Source: Prorocentrum cordatum | Lineage: Eukaryota | Assembly: GCA_963575745.1 (NCBI GenBank) | Contig: CAUYUJ010000148.1 | Location: 310,001 to 374,000 of the forward strand | Length of the DNA stretch: 64,000 bases | Direction of reading: 5' to 3' | Shown here: piece after piece, positions 12,701 through 27,200 of the stretch | How positions within the stretch are numbered: the first letter of the stretch is position 1 | Layout of the letters: every line of letters begins with the position of its first letter | The notes under the pieces: model-generated | What the model was told of the DNA's origin: nothing | Databases searched by the model: none | The model's input: only the letters and a program-made list of their open reading frames with translations | Translations under genes and position numbers: made by a program

Positions 12701-14386
12701 TGAAATCCGCCGGGCGCTACCACTCAAGGATGCAAAGCCCATGTGCTTTCGGATCATGACTCGGGCATCCGGCGACCCTCGGGGGCTGGGGAATGATATC
12801 GGCAGAGGATGGGCCTTGGACGGGAAGGCACCACGAAGAAGCACCCTAGAAAAGGCACCTCACACTGATCATATGCGGCGACTGTGGTCAGGCGCGTAGA
12901 GAAGCCACGACTCGTCCTCCGACCTGGCGCGTGGCTTCCCAGAGGCCGTCAAAAGACGATGAGACGATTGGTGGTGCTGATCAGTCAGGCACATGTCGTG
13001 CACCACGGCGGGCGCATAGGCAAGACGATGTTTGCACGTCGGCACGCTCGTCAAACATGTGAAACATGATACAGATCCACGTTCGGTTGCACTGACCAGC
13101 GAGAGGGGGGGAGGGGAGGAGAGGGGATGGGAGGACAGGGGAAGGGAGGGGCGCGAAGGACTAAAGCTGACGCATTTCGGATGCCCATTGTTGGCGCGGA
13201 CGTCTTCTCTAGCAGTGGTGCCAGCGAGTCGAAAAGGACATTCCGTGGTTAGACCTACGACTCGGTACGAATCGACGACGTGCCAGCTGGCGGCGACAAG
13301 GCAGATGACGCTCAAACCCATCACGACCCACGTGTCCGCCGTCACAACCTCCTTGTTCTCCCCCGCCTCCTCCTCCTCCTGCTCCCCCTCCTTCTCATCC
13401 TCCTCCTCCTCCTCTCCTTCTCCTCCTCATGCTCCCCCTCCTTCTGTCGCTCCTCATCCTGCTCATCGTGGCGCCATTTTCTCCTCCACTCCCCCTCCAA
13501 TACTCCTCGTGATCCCCCACTCCTCCTCCTCTTCTCCTCCCCCTTCCTGACCTTCCTCATCGTCCTCCTTCTCTTCTTTTTCTGTCTCTTCCTCCTCCTC
13601 CTCCTCCCCCCCGCTAGCTGCGGAGATCCCCAGAGGCCACCCCAAAGTCCCAGCACGGGGGCCCCCGTCGGGAGGACCCCTGGAAAGCCCTCCAGGGAGG
13701 CCAGAGGAGGTGCCACTCGAGCCCAAAACCCTCGCCCGCCCGAACAGGCCAGACCGCCCCCACTCCTCGCCCCCCCCCCCCCCCCCCCGGACTGAGCCGC
13801 CGCGTCCCGCTGATTCCCCACCTGTCGCCCGCTTACCCTCCTTCTCCTCCTCTTTCCTCTCCTCCAACCTTTTTCTCTTTACAGATAACTCCTCACTGTC
13901 GCACCCCCTGATGTGTCATTAAGGCGGGCTGGGCGTTCCGCCTGAGACTTCCCCTCCGCGTATGACCCCGAAGCTTGGGACGTGCAACAATGTTACGGAT
14001 GGAAAGCTGGCCGTTCAAAACATGTGGCTCTCGTCTTGGCACCACGCACAACGGGTCGACCGCGGCAGGATGCTCAAAGGCGCCGTGCATGCATCGGGCC
14101 GAATCGGATCAGTGGAAACGAATTGGCGGCGCGCACAAGGAGAGTGGAGGGAGGGGGGAGGGCTTCTTAGGAGGCTGCTTCTTAGACGGCGACGGCCTTG
14201 CATCTAGAGAGAAAGCCCGCGCCCTCTAAGAAGCAGGGGTGCTTCTAAGAAGCCCTCCCCCCTCACCCCCCAATCCCCCTCTGCGCGTGGCTGAAACGAA
14301 ATGAAACCGAATCGGATTGAGTCGCCCGGAATCGATACGGAATCGGATCGATCGGATCAAGATGTACCCTGGAGGAGGAGGAGGAG

Positions 14387-14418
<32 letters not shown>

Positions 14419-17400
14419 GGAGTAGAGGCAAGAGGAGGAGAAGGGAGGAGTAGTACCCTGGATGGGGGGGGCATGCAGAGCGGGCAGCACAGACTCCATC
14501 GGCTGCGCTGTCGCAGGGGGGCGCCAGGGGCAAGCAGTTCCCACGCGCGGCTTCTCCTCCTGGAGGGGGCGAGGAGGGCGAGGAGGACGACGAGGAGAAG
14601 GAGCTCATCGGGAGCGAGTGACAACAGCGAGAACGAGGAAGGGCGCCAGCACGAGCAGGATGAGAAGCAGCAGTCATGTGGAGGGCAGCAGGGCGAGGGA
14701 GAACAGGAGGAGGGAGAGGAGGGAGAGGAGGACGAGGAGGGCGCTCTCCTCCTCGTCCCCCTCGTCGCCCCCCTCCTCGCGCCGCCCCCCCCCGCTGGGG
14801 GCCGCCATGTCCCAGGTCTGGCGGCCGAAGCCGAGCTGCGCGGCGGCGCGGCGCTCCTCGGGGGGGTGGGCTCTGAAAGCAAACCAGACACGGAGGGGGG
14901 GGGGGGCATTTGATGTTTGTCACTTCGAGCGCGAACGCGTGCATACATGCACTCCACGCTGACCAAACAGCGCTTGCACTTCGCCCGCGGCGCACCCAGG
15001 ACCCTTAGATAAGGAATCCAGAGTCTGGCAACCTGTGGAAATCCGATAGTGGATCGGCCATGGATATCACCGCCGCCCTCATCGGACAAAGAATCCTCCA
15101 GGGTCTGCAGCCTCCTGGGCACATTCCTTAGCGCACGAGCCCACCGTAACATTCACAGGCGAAGGCACGTCACAATCCAAGGCGAAGGCAGGATGTGGGC
15201 ACCTCACGAGGACTATCGGGTAAGAAGGCATGCTGGGGACAAGCCAACACCGAAGATCTAACACGAAGACAGGATGAGGAGTGGGATTGATCGTCAGCGA
15301 CGGAGGCACGATCAGGATGCATCGGGTAAGCATGGATCGAGAATCTCTGAGACCCGGCGGCTCTTGGTGGAGGCTGCTATTGCGGTGCATTGCGTATCGT
15401 CCTACATGCCTCCAGGAGGCCTGCTCAGATCTGCTCCGAGGCGGCACCAACTGACCACGGAGGTTCCCAAGAAGTCCCCCAACAGGTCCCCGAAGAGAGG
15501 CCACGAGTCTCCCAAGAGAGCCCCAAGAAGGGCTCCAGAGCGACGCCGTCGCCGTCGCCGTCGTCCTCCTTCGGGGTCGGCGGCACTGGCCGTAGGGCCT
15601 TCGCAAGATAGTTCGAGAACCTCTGAGACCCGGCGGCTCTTGGTGGAAGGGGAAGAAAGGTCGGGCCCCTGACGGGAAATTAGCGAACCCGCCCGCGCAT
15701 TTCGCTGGCTTTCCCGCCGCCTCCCAGCGCGCCCCAGGGCGCCCGCGTGTCGAGGAAGGCTCCCGTCGGCGGCCCGCTGCGTGCAGCAACTGTCGTGACC
15801 GCCCCTCTCTGCAAAGTCCCCCCTGGTCGTCCGCCCCGGGAGGGGATGGGCGAGGGGGGGCGGGAGCATCGGCTACACGCAAGAGGAATGGCCCCAGACA
15901 ACAGAGCGACCGTGGCGCGGCTTCCGAGGAGGCGCCGGGGAGGCCAAACTCAAGCGCGCAATCCGCTGCCATCGCATTTCGTTCAGCCATCGGAGAGCAC
16001 TCGTCCAAGGCCGCGCTAACGGCGATGTTGGTGAACGGCGATGTTGGGAATATGGCTTTTGTGACACCGAGCTCACGCAGAACAGGCTATAGGAAATCAC
16101 GAAACACCGTTTCCTGCATTTCAGCAGATGTGCGAATGTATCGAACGAAAACGGCACAGCGAGTTGTAGGAAAACACGAACCACGCGTTCCTACAATTGG
16201 TTCGGCCACGAACCACGCCTTCCTACAATTGGTTATCCTACACCGCCGTTAACTAACACACCGTTAGCGCGTCTACGGCTTGTGAGCTCGCACCAAAAGT
16301 CACTCCGACAAAGGGTCAATCGTCGCGTAGCCTTTCCCTCTCGGGCAAGGTCCGCCCAGGACCGCCGCCTGGCCTGAAGCCCTCCCACAGGGCGTCATGG
16401 GGCCAGGCGTCGTCTGGCCCTGGCGGCGACGGCCCCATGGAGATCACCCCCGAACAAAAAAACAAAAACATCACGAGCACCTGTTAAACTAGACCACCCT
16501 CTTCACGCACCCCCCCCCCTCGCGCAACCCTCGGTTCAATCCCCCACCCCATCCCTTGCGCAAGGGGGGGGGAGTTCGGCCTTACCCGCTCCCCCGCGGC
16601 GCCAATCGTAGTCGTCGTTGTGTGCAGGCCCGCCCTTGCGCGAAAAAGGGGGGAATTGAACCATTCCTTTGCCTGCTTTTCAGTTGCGGGGGGAAGAAGG
16701 GCCTCAATTTCCTGTCGTCCGGAAAATCTGGGGGGGTGGGGGGAGGGGCAGACTGAGACCCCAACCCCATCAAGCGATCACCGAACGCAGCCTTTCGCAG
16801 AACACCCTCCTCGTCCTCTTCCTCCCTCCTCCTTCTTGGGAAAACCAAACAGGATCTCCATACTGCGACTCCCGGGACCTCTCCCAGAGTGCCTTCCGAC
16901 GAGAGTTTCGAGGTGCATCCAGCCGGTGCGACGAGGGCCTCCCAGACGCCCACAAAGGCGAAAACGGGGCGAGTGTCGCGGTATCTGTACCTCTCCCTCC
17001 TCGGATGCCCCACTCCGCCCAGGCACAACGTACAGAACGTACTCCTCCTCCCCAGCGGCCGAGGGGCCGAGGGGCAGCTCGGCGACACCGATTGGGGGCC
17101 CGCGTCCGTCCGTAGTGGTGAGCTGATCCCAGGTGCGCATGTCGCCCCCGAAGACGTAGCCCGCCTGTGCGCACCCTCCTCCCCTGCACCTCACTCCCTT
17201 CTACCCCCGCGCTGACCTCCGAGACCCCCTCGCGTCGTCAACAGAAATGACAACGCACGGCCCGTCCATACTTTTGGTCTCGGGAGCCCTTCCTGGGCCT
17301 CGGGGCCGTCGAACAACGACCCAGGATGAAATGCCAGTCCGTGGAAAAAGGATCCAGACCTCTGGGGGTCCACGCTGTGGAAGATCGCGACGTCTCCCTC

Positions 17401-20400
17401 CTCGACTTTCTTGTCCGTGGGAATTCGAGCTGGCCTTGACAGCCTTTTCCTACAGGATTGCACCCAAGGCCCCAAGAGTGGCCCCAAGATGACCCCCGAC
17501 GCGGCCCCAAGACGGCCCCGAGAGGCCCAGGCCTCCCAGAGGCCCTCCCACAGACAGCCAAAGGCCTCCGCACCAAAAACGGACACGAACGGCTCCCGAG
17601 AGGCCCTCGAGCGGCCCCGGAGAGGCTGCAACCCGCGTCTTCAGCACAACCACCTGCACGCTGCGCTGCTGCCCTGGACCGGTCGCGGGGGTTTGCCGCA
17701 GGCAGCTGGATACCGTCCTCCCCCAGCATCCCCCCCCTGATTCGCTTGCCCTTCGAGCGTTCGTTGGGGCGCCTTCATCGGGGCAGCACGAGCTCGCCAG
17801 AGCGAGGCAACGACGCGACTGCCGGTGAGATGCCATCACGCAAGCTCATTTGCCAATGCATCGCTAAACCTGCATGCACCCAAGCATCTAGCAGCAGGCG
17901 TTACAGATGATACCTTCCATCGACGCCAAGTCTGATACAGGACATAACGCTTGAGGTTCGCCCAAACAGGCAAATGCCCGCTAACCGCGCTGAAGCCTCC
18001 TTCAACGCCCTGGCAATTCGTGTCGTGACGACCTCGGCAATGGCTTCTGACATCGCAGGGATCCTTCAACCGTGAGCGGTCGCGGCTTTCCGACATCGCA
18101 TATGGTTCGACGTCCGCGGATTCTTGGCCACTAGCGATGCTCAGTCTTGAACGCGTTGACACGGCACGATCCTACAATACGTTAGGTGCGGAGCTGCGGG
18201 GACAGTTTGAGCAGGGTGCGGACATGGCGTAGCTGCCACGAGCGTGCCTGGAAAGTGTAGGACACGAAGCCTACAAACCAGGTCGGACAGCCGTGCCCCT
18301 GAACCAACCTCAATACGAAGAGCAGGCGCGGTGAGTGCCGACGCCGTTCGAGACCAGCGTCAACCGTCAGAAGACCTCTGCCATGGACCAATCTCGGGGG
18401 CGAGACCGGGGGGCAAGAGAGAGAGGGGAGGTCCTTCTCAGAAAGCCCTCGCGCCTCGTGAGAAGCCTTGCGGGCCTTCTCCGTTGCGGGCCTTCTCCGA
18501 AGCCACAGACGGCTTCTCAGTTGGCGAGAGGGTTTTCTCAGAAGCCACGCCGCCCCCTGAGAAGGCCTGCCCCCCGTCACTCGATCAAGAAAAAACTGCA
18601 TAAACATAAACTGCCAGAGCTTCGCGCGGATTTCTTGGATCTGCGCTGGAACCCCTTCCTGGCGTGCGAAGAGAGCCAGGCGCGGTGCTGGAGGCGCCGC
18701 CAGGGGGGTCCAGCGCAGATCCACGCAATCCACGCGGAGCTCCGACAATTTCTGCTTGTGCAATTCTTTTTTCTTCGACCCATGGTCTCGCCGCCGACGA
18801 CCGGTCCCGGAACCTCCTCGCCCATCCTCCTGCGTCGCCGACCCCCTGCTCCTTCCCCCGCCCCGCCACTACTCCTTGTGCCCCTTCGAGTCCTCACACC
18901 CTTCCTCCAATGCCCATCATCGCCCGTCGCCTGCGCCTCCCCCTGCTCCCACGCCTCTTCCTCCTCCTCCTACTCCTCCTCCACACTGGGGGACCCGAGG
19001 GGGGGAGGGCGAGGCGAGGGGGCGACCCGAGGGGGGGAGGACACTCCGGGGCCGTAGGCGACCCGAGGGGGGGAGGGCGAGGAGAAGGAGGAGGGGGAGG
19101 AAGAGGAGGAGGAGGAGGAGGAGGAGGAGGAGGAGGAGGAAGAGGAGGAGGAGGAGGACGGGTCGCCTAAGCCCTTCGGAGAAACCCTCCACTCCAACCC
19201 TGGCATGAGAACGGATCCGTATCCCAGACCCCTGAGGCTCAACGACCACAAGAGAAGGTCCCCAAGCCCCAGAAGCCTGGAAACGCAAGAGCCACCCGTG
19301 GACTGGAGGGTTTCTCCGAAGGGCTTAGGCGACCCTCCCCCCTCCTCCTCCTCCTCCTCCCCTCCTCTCCTCCCCTCTTCCTCCTCCCTCCTCCTCCGCC
19401 TCCTCCTCCCCCTCCCCCTCTCCTCCAACTCCTCCGCCTCCGCCTCCTCCTCCTCCTCCTCTTCCTCCTGCTCCTCCTCCTCCTGCTCCTCCTCCTGCTC
19501 CTCCTCCTCCTCCTCCGCGGGTCGTTTACGGCCCCTGGGGAAACCGTGCACCATGGGCACGCTCCCCTCGGCACGTAGTTCCTGAGAAACCAAAACGTAC
19601 CGATACCGCTACTCCCCGGACCTCTCTCGGGGTGCGTTATGGCGAGCATTTCGAGGCGAATCCAGCGGTGGCGACCATGGCGGCCAAGGAGGCCCAAGAA
19701 AGGGGAAAACGAGGGAAGGGTAGAGGTATGGGTACCTTTCCCTCCTCTGATTTCCTTCATTGCGACGCCTCCTCATTCTAGTCATCCTCGACCCCCTCGT
19801 CCCCGCGTCGCCGGCTTGCGGGAGCCGAAGAACATCTCGTTCCAGGAGCCCTGGTCCTCCCCCAGCACTGCGAGGTGTCGGCGCGTCTCCTGGGTGAGCA
19901 GCACGAGGGGGGACAGGACGAAGAAAAGGATTATCCCAGTGCGACCCTACCTAGGAGTTGGAACCCCTAGGAAAGCAACATTAGTAGTATCAGTAACGCT
20001 GAGCTAAAGCTAAGCTAAAGCTAAGCTAAAGCTAAGCTGAAGCTGAGCCACAGCTAAACTAAAGCTAAGCTAAAGCTAAGCTAAAGCTGCGCAGCAGCTA
20101 AGCTAAAGCTAAGCTACAGCTAAGCTAAAGCTAAGCTAAAGCTAAGCTAAAGCTAAGCTAAAGCTAAGCTAAAGCTAAGCTAAAGCTAAGCCACAGCTAA
20201 GCTCAAGCTAAGCTCAAGCTAAGCTAAAGCTAAGCTAAAGCTAAGCTAAAGCTAAGCTAAAGCTAAGCTAAAGCTAAGCTAAAGCTAAGCTAAACGCTAA
20301 GCGAAACGCTAAGCGAAACGCTAAGCTAAAGCTAAGCTACAGCTAAGCTAAAGCTAAGCTAAAGCTAAGCTAAAGCTAAACTAAAGCTAAAGCTAAAGCT

Positions 20401-23400
20401 CCCAGGGGACTGGGGGGAACCGCTCCCAGGGGACTGGGGGAACCGCCCGGGGCGTGTTACACTGCCCGGCCCCTTTAAGCTAAGAGAGTAAGAACCCTTC
20501 TAGGCAGAGCCTAGGTAGGGAATGAGGATCGGATCGGAAACGCCGGGGACGCTCTCAAGCTTCAAAGCAAAAGTCTGGCCCAAAGGACTCGCAGCACTCA
20601 ATCTGACCCCTGCGACGGCACTGATTCAAAGCGGGGCCCCTGCCGCGGGAAGGGCCCCCCATCGGGCCCCGACGTCAGGCACCCTCTGGGGGCGAGGGCC
20701 CCTTTTTGGGCGCCTGCGGGCGCCAGCAGATTGACGAAACCGCAGCCGCAGAGGCCCCCTGGAGGGCGGCCTGGGGGCGTGGAGCCCCCCTGGCTCTCGG
20801 CGACAGCCGAAGGTCTTACGCACACTGTGGTGCCGGTTCTCTAGCCAAATCGGCATCGGCGTGAATAAGGAGGAAGGGGAAGAGGAGGAGGAGGAGGAGG
20901 AGGAGGAGGAGGAGGAGGAGGAGGAGGAGGAGGGTGGTGGTGGACTAGGGCTACAGGTCAGTGGAGTACTGCAGCGCGAGGGAATGTGAAAGCCCTTGAA
21001 GATGTACCGGTCTATCTCTGGATCGATCTTCACGCTCTACTGATCGCTGGACCTGGGTGTCTTTTGAGAACGAGGCTTGAGCACAACGCCAGCGCTTCCA
21101 AGCGCCGTGCCATTCGCTCCCATTCCCACCTCCCACTTATAATCTGAAAGCCCAACCTTCCCTCCATGTCACCTCTGGGTGCTCTGTGACGCCACGCGCT
21201 CCGCAACAAGGCGAACAAGCCAGAAACTGGCGGATTTCCCGAGCAATTCGTTACCAACAGCGAGCTGCCGCCGCTCTTAGGCTGACGATCCCAACACCCC
21301 CCAAGGCGCTCCTGGGAACGGATGGGCCCAGGGCAGCGATGCCCCTCGATGGCGACACTCCTGGCCGTCGACCACGCCTCACGCGGAGGGCCGCACCTTA
21401 AATCCATGGCGCGTTCAACGGCGATCATTTTCAAACAATGCTGGACTGCAACCTCGCTCCCCAAGTCCTCCTGCTCCGTGTCGTTGGCCACGCCGATGGA
21501 CAACGCCCACATCGGATGAGCAACGGCATGGCTCACGCTGAGCATTTCAACCCACTGCTGCAGGATAAACTCCGCAGAGTGGTTCGAAGATCGGCGGTGG
21601 GCAAACCTCCCTTTACTAAAGCACCCGTTAGTATGAACGGCCTGGGACCGAAACGGACGGACCAGGACCCGCAAAAATGACAGCAAATTTGCCAATCGAC
21701 GTGTCAGGGTAGGCGGCTATTCACCTCCGAGAAAAGAGAGGCGCAAGAGAAACTCGGACCCCGCAGCGGCCCCTCGGAACCAACTGCAGAGGGCCGAGCC
21801 CACCAGGGCCCACCTCCAGGGCCCACTCCTTCTCCTACTCGTCGTCCTCCTCCTATTCGCCCTCCTTCTGCATTTTTCCTCCTCCTCCTCCACCTCCTCC
21901 TCCACCTCCACCTCCTCCCCCCTCCTCCCACCCCCTCCTCCTCCTCCTCCTCCTCCTCCACCTACTCCTCCTCCTCCTCCTCCTCCTCCTCCTCCTCCTC
22001 CTCCTCCTCCTCCTCCTCCCCCCTCCTCTTCCTCCTCATCCCCCCCTTCTCATCAGCCTGCACGGCTCTTCCTCATCCTCCGTCCTTCCGGAGGAGGGCG
22101 AGCCAGGCAACGAAGAACCCCGAATCTCCTCGTCGAGCTCATTCCACGTCTGGTCCGTCGGCAGAAGCCAATTGTACCCGTCCCACTTCTCCTGCTCACG
22201 CTTCCGGACAGAGCGGGTGCGATTGCGCATCCTCCACGTGGTGATCAAAGTAAGCGCGCGAGCCATAACTGACATCCGAGCCCTGCCAGCCATCCCTTCC
22301 AAAGCGTCGATGTTTCTCTATCCGCCAACGGGCGTCCTTGCTGGTTACCCCACAGCGCGATGCGCAATCAGAATGTGGAGCTGTGCACAGTGGAATAAGA
22401 ATAGGATGAGGAAGATGACAAGGAGGGGCAGGAGGAGGAGGGGGGAGGAGGAGACGGAGGAAGAGGGGGAGGACTGGCGGATTCGCATGAGGATGAGGAG
22501 GGTGTGGAAGGAGGGGGAAGGGGAGGAGAGATCAACAGCAGTAGCAGGACTATGAGGAGCGGGGGGAGCAGGATGACCAGGGGAAGGGGAAGGGGGGGAA
22601 ACGAGGTGCGCGACAACAGCGGGAAGGGAATCATATTCAGAAAGGTGGCCCGCGTTGAAGCGAAATCGCCATTGACGGGAGCAAGCAGCCGATCCAGACA
22701 GAAGAAGACCAACATTACATCGGGAGCTCCGATTTGGGACCAACACAGAAACAAGTCCCGATTGGAGACGGACGGATACAATATCAACTGTTTGAAACCT
22801 GTGCGCAAACAACAATCCGCCACCGTGCTGTGCACGTTGAGGCATGGAAAAATGCCAAGGGCTGTTTGGTAAGGTTTTGTATTCAACTTAGTGCCCCACC
22901 TCTGCCCGCGACTTTTTGCATGCATCGGCCTCCCCGCAACGATCCCTCGTGCAAAAACGTATCTGCGCCACCGAGGCCACGATCCCTCGAAACAAACCGA
23001 TGGATCCGCGTCCCGAGCTGCCAAGACGGCCCACGCGGGCAAGCAAGGACACAAAGGTTGCCCAAGATGCCTTGAGGACGTCCGAAGATGGCCCCCCAGT
23101 CGGCAAAGGATGGCCCAAACACGGCCCAAGATGCCTCCAGAAGGGCAAGAAAAGGGCCACAAGAGGACATCCAGCCATGTCCGAAGACGCCACCATCATG
23201 CGTTTCCCGTGGGTGCTGAAGTTTGGGAATGATGAATGTATTCTCGCCTTTTCGAGCCTCCGTCAGCCCAAGAAAGCCCAGGAAGCCTGCCTCCACGATG
23301 GCCCTAAAACGGCCACAGAAGCCCCCAAGAGAGCCCTACGATGGCCAATAAGGTACCACGTTGGCCCAAGAGGTATGCACGACAGCCCCAGCTCCAGAGA

Positions 23401-24215
23401 GCATCCTGTGGGACCCAAAGTGACCTTGCAAGGCCTTTCGACGGTCCAAGACGGCCCCGTGACGACCGCCAGGCACCCACCATACGGCCAAGAAGGCCCC
23501 AAGACTGCCCAAGCGAGCCCCACTATGGCGTAAGAGGGCCTCAAGGCTGCCCTAGAGGGCACAACGAGACCACAAGACTGCCTCAAGACAACCCCAAGAT
23601 GACCAAAACGTGAAAACAGTCCCGAGACGGCCCAATAGTCAAGATGAGAGCTCCTCTAACAGAAGAGACGAAAAATGTCACATGTCATGGCATTTCCTTC
23701 CTCCAGCTCGTCCTCGTCCTGCGACTCCTCCCCGTCATATTACCATGGTCACGATTACGATCACGATCATCATCATCCTCATCATCATCATCATCATCAT
23801 CAGCATCATCATCAGCATCATCATCATCATCATCATCATCAGCATCATCATCATCAGCATCAACAGCATCAACACCATCACCAATACATGAATCATCATA
23901 ATTATAATCATCATTATCTTATCATCACCAGCCTCATAATCATGAGCAGCAGCATAATCATTATCATCATCACCACCGTGATCGCCATCAGTGTCATTCT
24001 CCCCATCACCAACATCATCATCACAATCCGCATCGCCACCACCATCGCCACCACCATAATCATCATCAGTAGCATTATCAACACGACAGTCATCCCCATT
24101 CGCATCAACACTCAATCGCAACATCATCATCCTCGCCAACATCAGTATCGCAGAACTCATCAAAGTCCACACCACCAAATCACATAAACCACAACTGTAG
24201 CATCAAACTCATCGG

Positions 24216-24248
<33 letters not shown>

Positions 24249-27200
24249 AATCACCAACACCGCAATCCAAAGAGTAATCATCCTCGTTACCGTCATCGTG
24301 ATCATGATATCCAATACCATCACCATCAACAACCCCCCATCATCACAGAATCCTCGTCAACATCATCAGCAGCAGCATCATCATCCTCAGCATCGCCATC
24401 ATCATCATCATGCCAACCAGCACCATATTCACCATCATCATCATCATCATCAACAGCATCATCATCAACAACATCATCATCATCATTCTCCGCATCCTCA
24501 TCCTTATCCTCCTCCCCATCCTCATCCTCCTACTCATCCTCATCATCATTATCATTAGCATCGCCATCATCAGCATCAGCAGCATCATCATCATAACCAG
24601 CATCAGCATCAGCATCATCAACAGCAGCATCAACATCAGCATCAGCATCATGGTCATCACCATCATCGTCATCACCACCACCACCACCATCGTCTTCCTC
24701 CTGCTCATTATCAACATCGTCATCCTCATCATCGTCATCCTGATTCGCCTCATCAACATCATTGTCCATATCATCATCAACATCCTCTTCCTCCTCCTCC
24801 TCCTCATCATCATCATCATCATCATCATCGCCAACATCGTCCATATTGCCATCACCGTCATCATCATCACCATCACCATTATCATCATCATCATCCTCAT
24901 CATCATCATCCACTTCAGGGCTCTCACAACCCTGGAGACACGAGGCGTCACGCGTCACGGCATCCCGTGCACTCCGGAAAAACCGCCACGCAGAATGCTG
25001 GGCTGGCAAGGCGGCGGGACCTGCCGCAGGCAGCTGGATCCGTGGGGGAGGCGGCGCCCCGCTCGCACAGCATCCCGAGGGGGAAGACCCGCACTGAGAT
25101 CGCGCAACGGCCGGAGGGGAACAAGACGGTCATCGAGAGGACGGCTCGGGGTCTCCTTCCCGGGGTCCCGAGAGCGGGGCTTCCCCCCGATCGCGCCAGA
25201 ATAATGGCTCCTGGTTGCGGGTCGTGCGGTCCTCGGACCAGGGCCCCATAGCGCTGGCAAGGCCAAGCGCTGTTCTACCGCAGCTCAAACGCATCTTCTT
25301 CCACGGTTTGTGTCAGAGGTCCCTGCAGCTGCGCGGCTGGGGCGCTCGCCCAATGGCAGGGAGACGACCGGCACAAACGAGAGATACAGTATCATAGAAG
25401 CAGCGACAGCGCGGCGACAGCGCAGCGACAGCGCAGCGAAGCGGCGGCGAGAGGAACCGACAGGAGCAGGACAGGGAGAAGCGAAGCAGCAGAGCGGCGG
25501 GTTGAAGAGGGGGGGGTGCGGACAGAGGGAGGGAGGGAGGAGGGCGACGGCGACGGGGGAGGGAGGGAGGGAGGGAGCGAGGGAGGGAGGCAGTGCACGG
25601 CACGTGGCTCAAGGAGCAGCGCACAGCAATGGCACCTGTAGCTACTTCCATCAATAGAGGGAGTGGATGCCTGAGCGAAGAGCGCCAGCGCACAAGGCGC
25701 ACAAGGGGTCGTGTGCAAGGGGCCCGTATCTGTCGTGCTTGTTCTGCGCCTCCTCCCTTCCCTGAAAGAATTAGCCTGACGAAAGACCCAACCATCTGCA
25801 GCTGCGAGTACCGCATTGTGGGTACCGCATTCGGTGAAGCTCCTTACTTATGGGGCCACAACCGTCGGAGGGGTGTGCCGAATTGGGTGCGGCTGTGCCA
25901 TGCGAACCCTCCCGCTCGAGCCTTCGGCAAAACTCCCTATGGGGCCACGAACCGTGTGAGGGGTGTGCCGAAGTGGGCGCGGTGGTGCTATGCGAACCCT
26001 CCCACTGGGGCCTTCGGTGGAGATGGGGCCACGAAGCGTGTGAGGGGTATGCCGAAACAAAGACATGCGGAGGGCAGAGGCGAGGATGGGAGGAGGGAGA
26101 AAAGTGAGGAAGAGAAGGAGTGGGAACGCGGGTTGCTGTCCCTTCAAAACAAGGACTCAACACCACAGGACCTCAACGAGGACCCGGCACCACGGATCCA
26201 ATCCCACGGGCATTCACACGAGCCCCGCACAAAGCGCACAATGTCCCCCGCACAGGGACTCCGTACAAGACTCGCACGAGTTCTCGTTGCTCTCGAGGGG
26301 GGGAGGGACGACGTGGGGTGGGAGGGGAGAAGGACGAGGAACGCACGGGAGAGAGGGCGAGGGGGGAGGAAACGCTGGGTGCGCTCGCGCCATCTGACGT
26401 CCTATCCTTCCCTCCCATCCCTTCCCATTGCGCAGTGTTTCTCTGCCCACAGACCTGGAACACCACTACCGCAGAACAACACAACAACCACAGCAGAGGT
26501 GACCGTGGGACATGTGGGACAGCCTGGGAACTGTGGGTCTTGTGCGGCCAGGAGCAGGTCAAGGGGAGAGGGGCGCTCGTGCTGAGGCTTGGCCTACCTA
26601 AATTTCGAAGCGGATCCACCCGCGGCGGCGAGGGGGCTACTGGAGGCACAAACAGCAGGAGAAACACATGAGAAAGCATCGATCCTAGAGCAGGAACCAA
26701 AAAAGGCATCCTCGTTCGGAGGTTCGCGCGGATGCCTTGGATCGGCGCTTGACTCCCCCCCCCCTTTGGGCGCGCGGATCGCGCCAGCGTCGGAGGCGCG
26801 GCCAGAGGGTTGCCCAGAGCCGATCCGAGAAGTCCGCGCAGAACTCCGAATGTTTGTGTGTTGTGGAGCTTGTTCCACCTGTCCTAAGATGCTGTTTTGT
26901 CAGTTCCCGTATCATTAGCTGGGGCTATTGTTCTTAGTGTGGCGCATCCACCTCCTTGTCGTTGAACGTCCTGCTTCCTTCCTCCTCTACGACACCCAGA
27001 GGAAATACTTCCTGGTACTGAACTCAACTAATCATCATCCGACTTGCAATCAGAACGTCCGTACTGGGACCACTTCAACGATGAAGTCAAGCACATCCAG
27101 GCTCACTAACACTCCGACTCTCCTACGCACACTGAGACTCACTCACTCTCAACCTCCCACAGATCACTCACTCTCGGATCATTCACGCTCAGACTCGAAC

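Noticed and set aside
21030..21600. 221-aa minus-strand ORF
   Set aside because: It begins inside a dispersed repeat and has no recognisable motif; at most a decayed transposon fragment.
25605..25613. TGGCTCAAG spliced-leader 3' end (also about 12478)
   Set aside because: Only 9 nt match, and no credible ORF follows.
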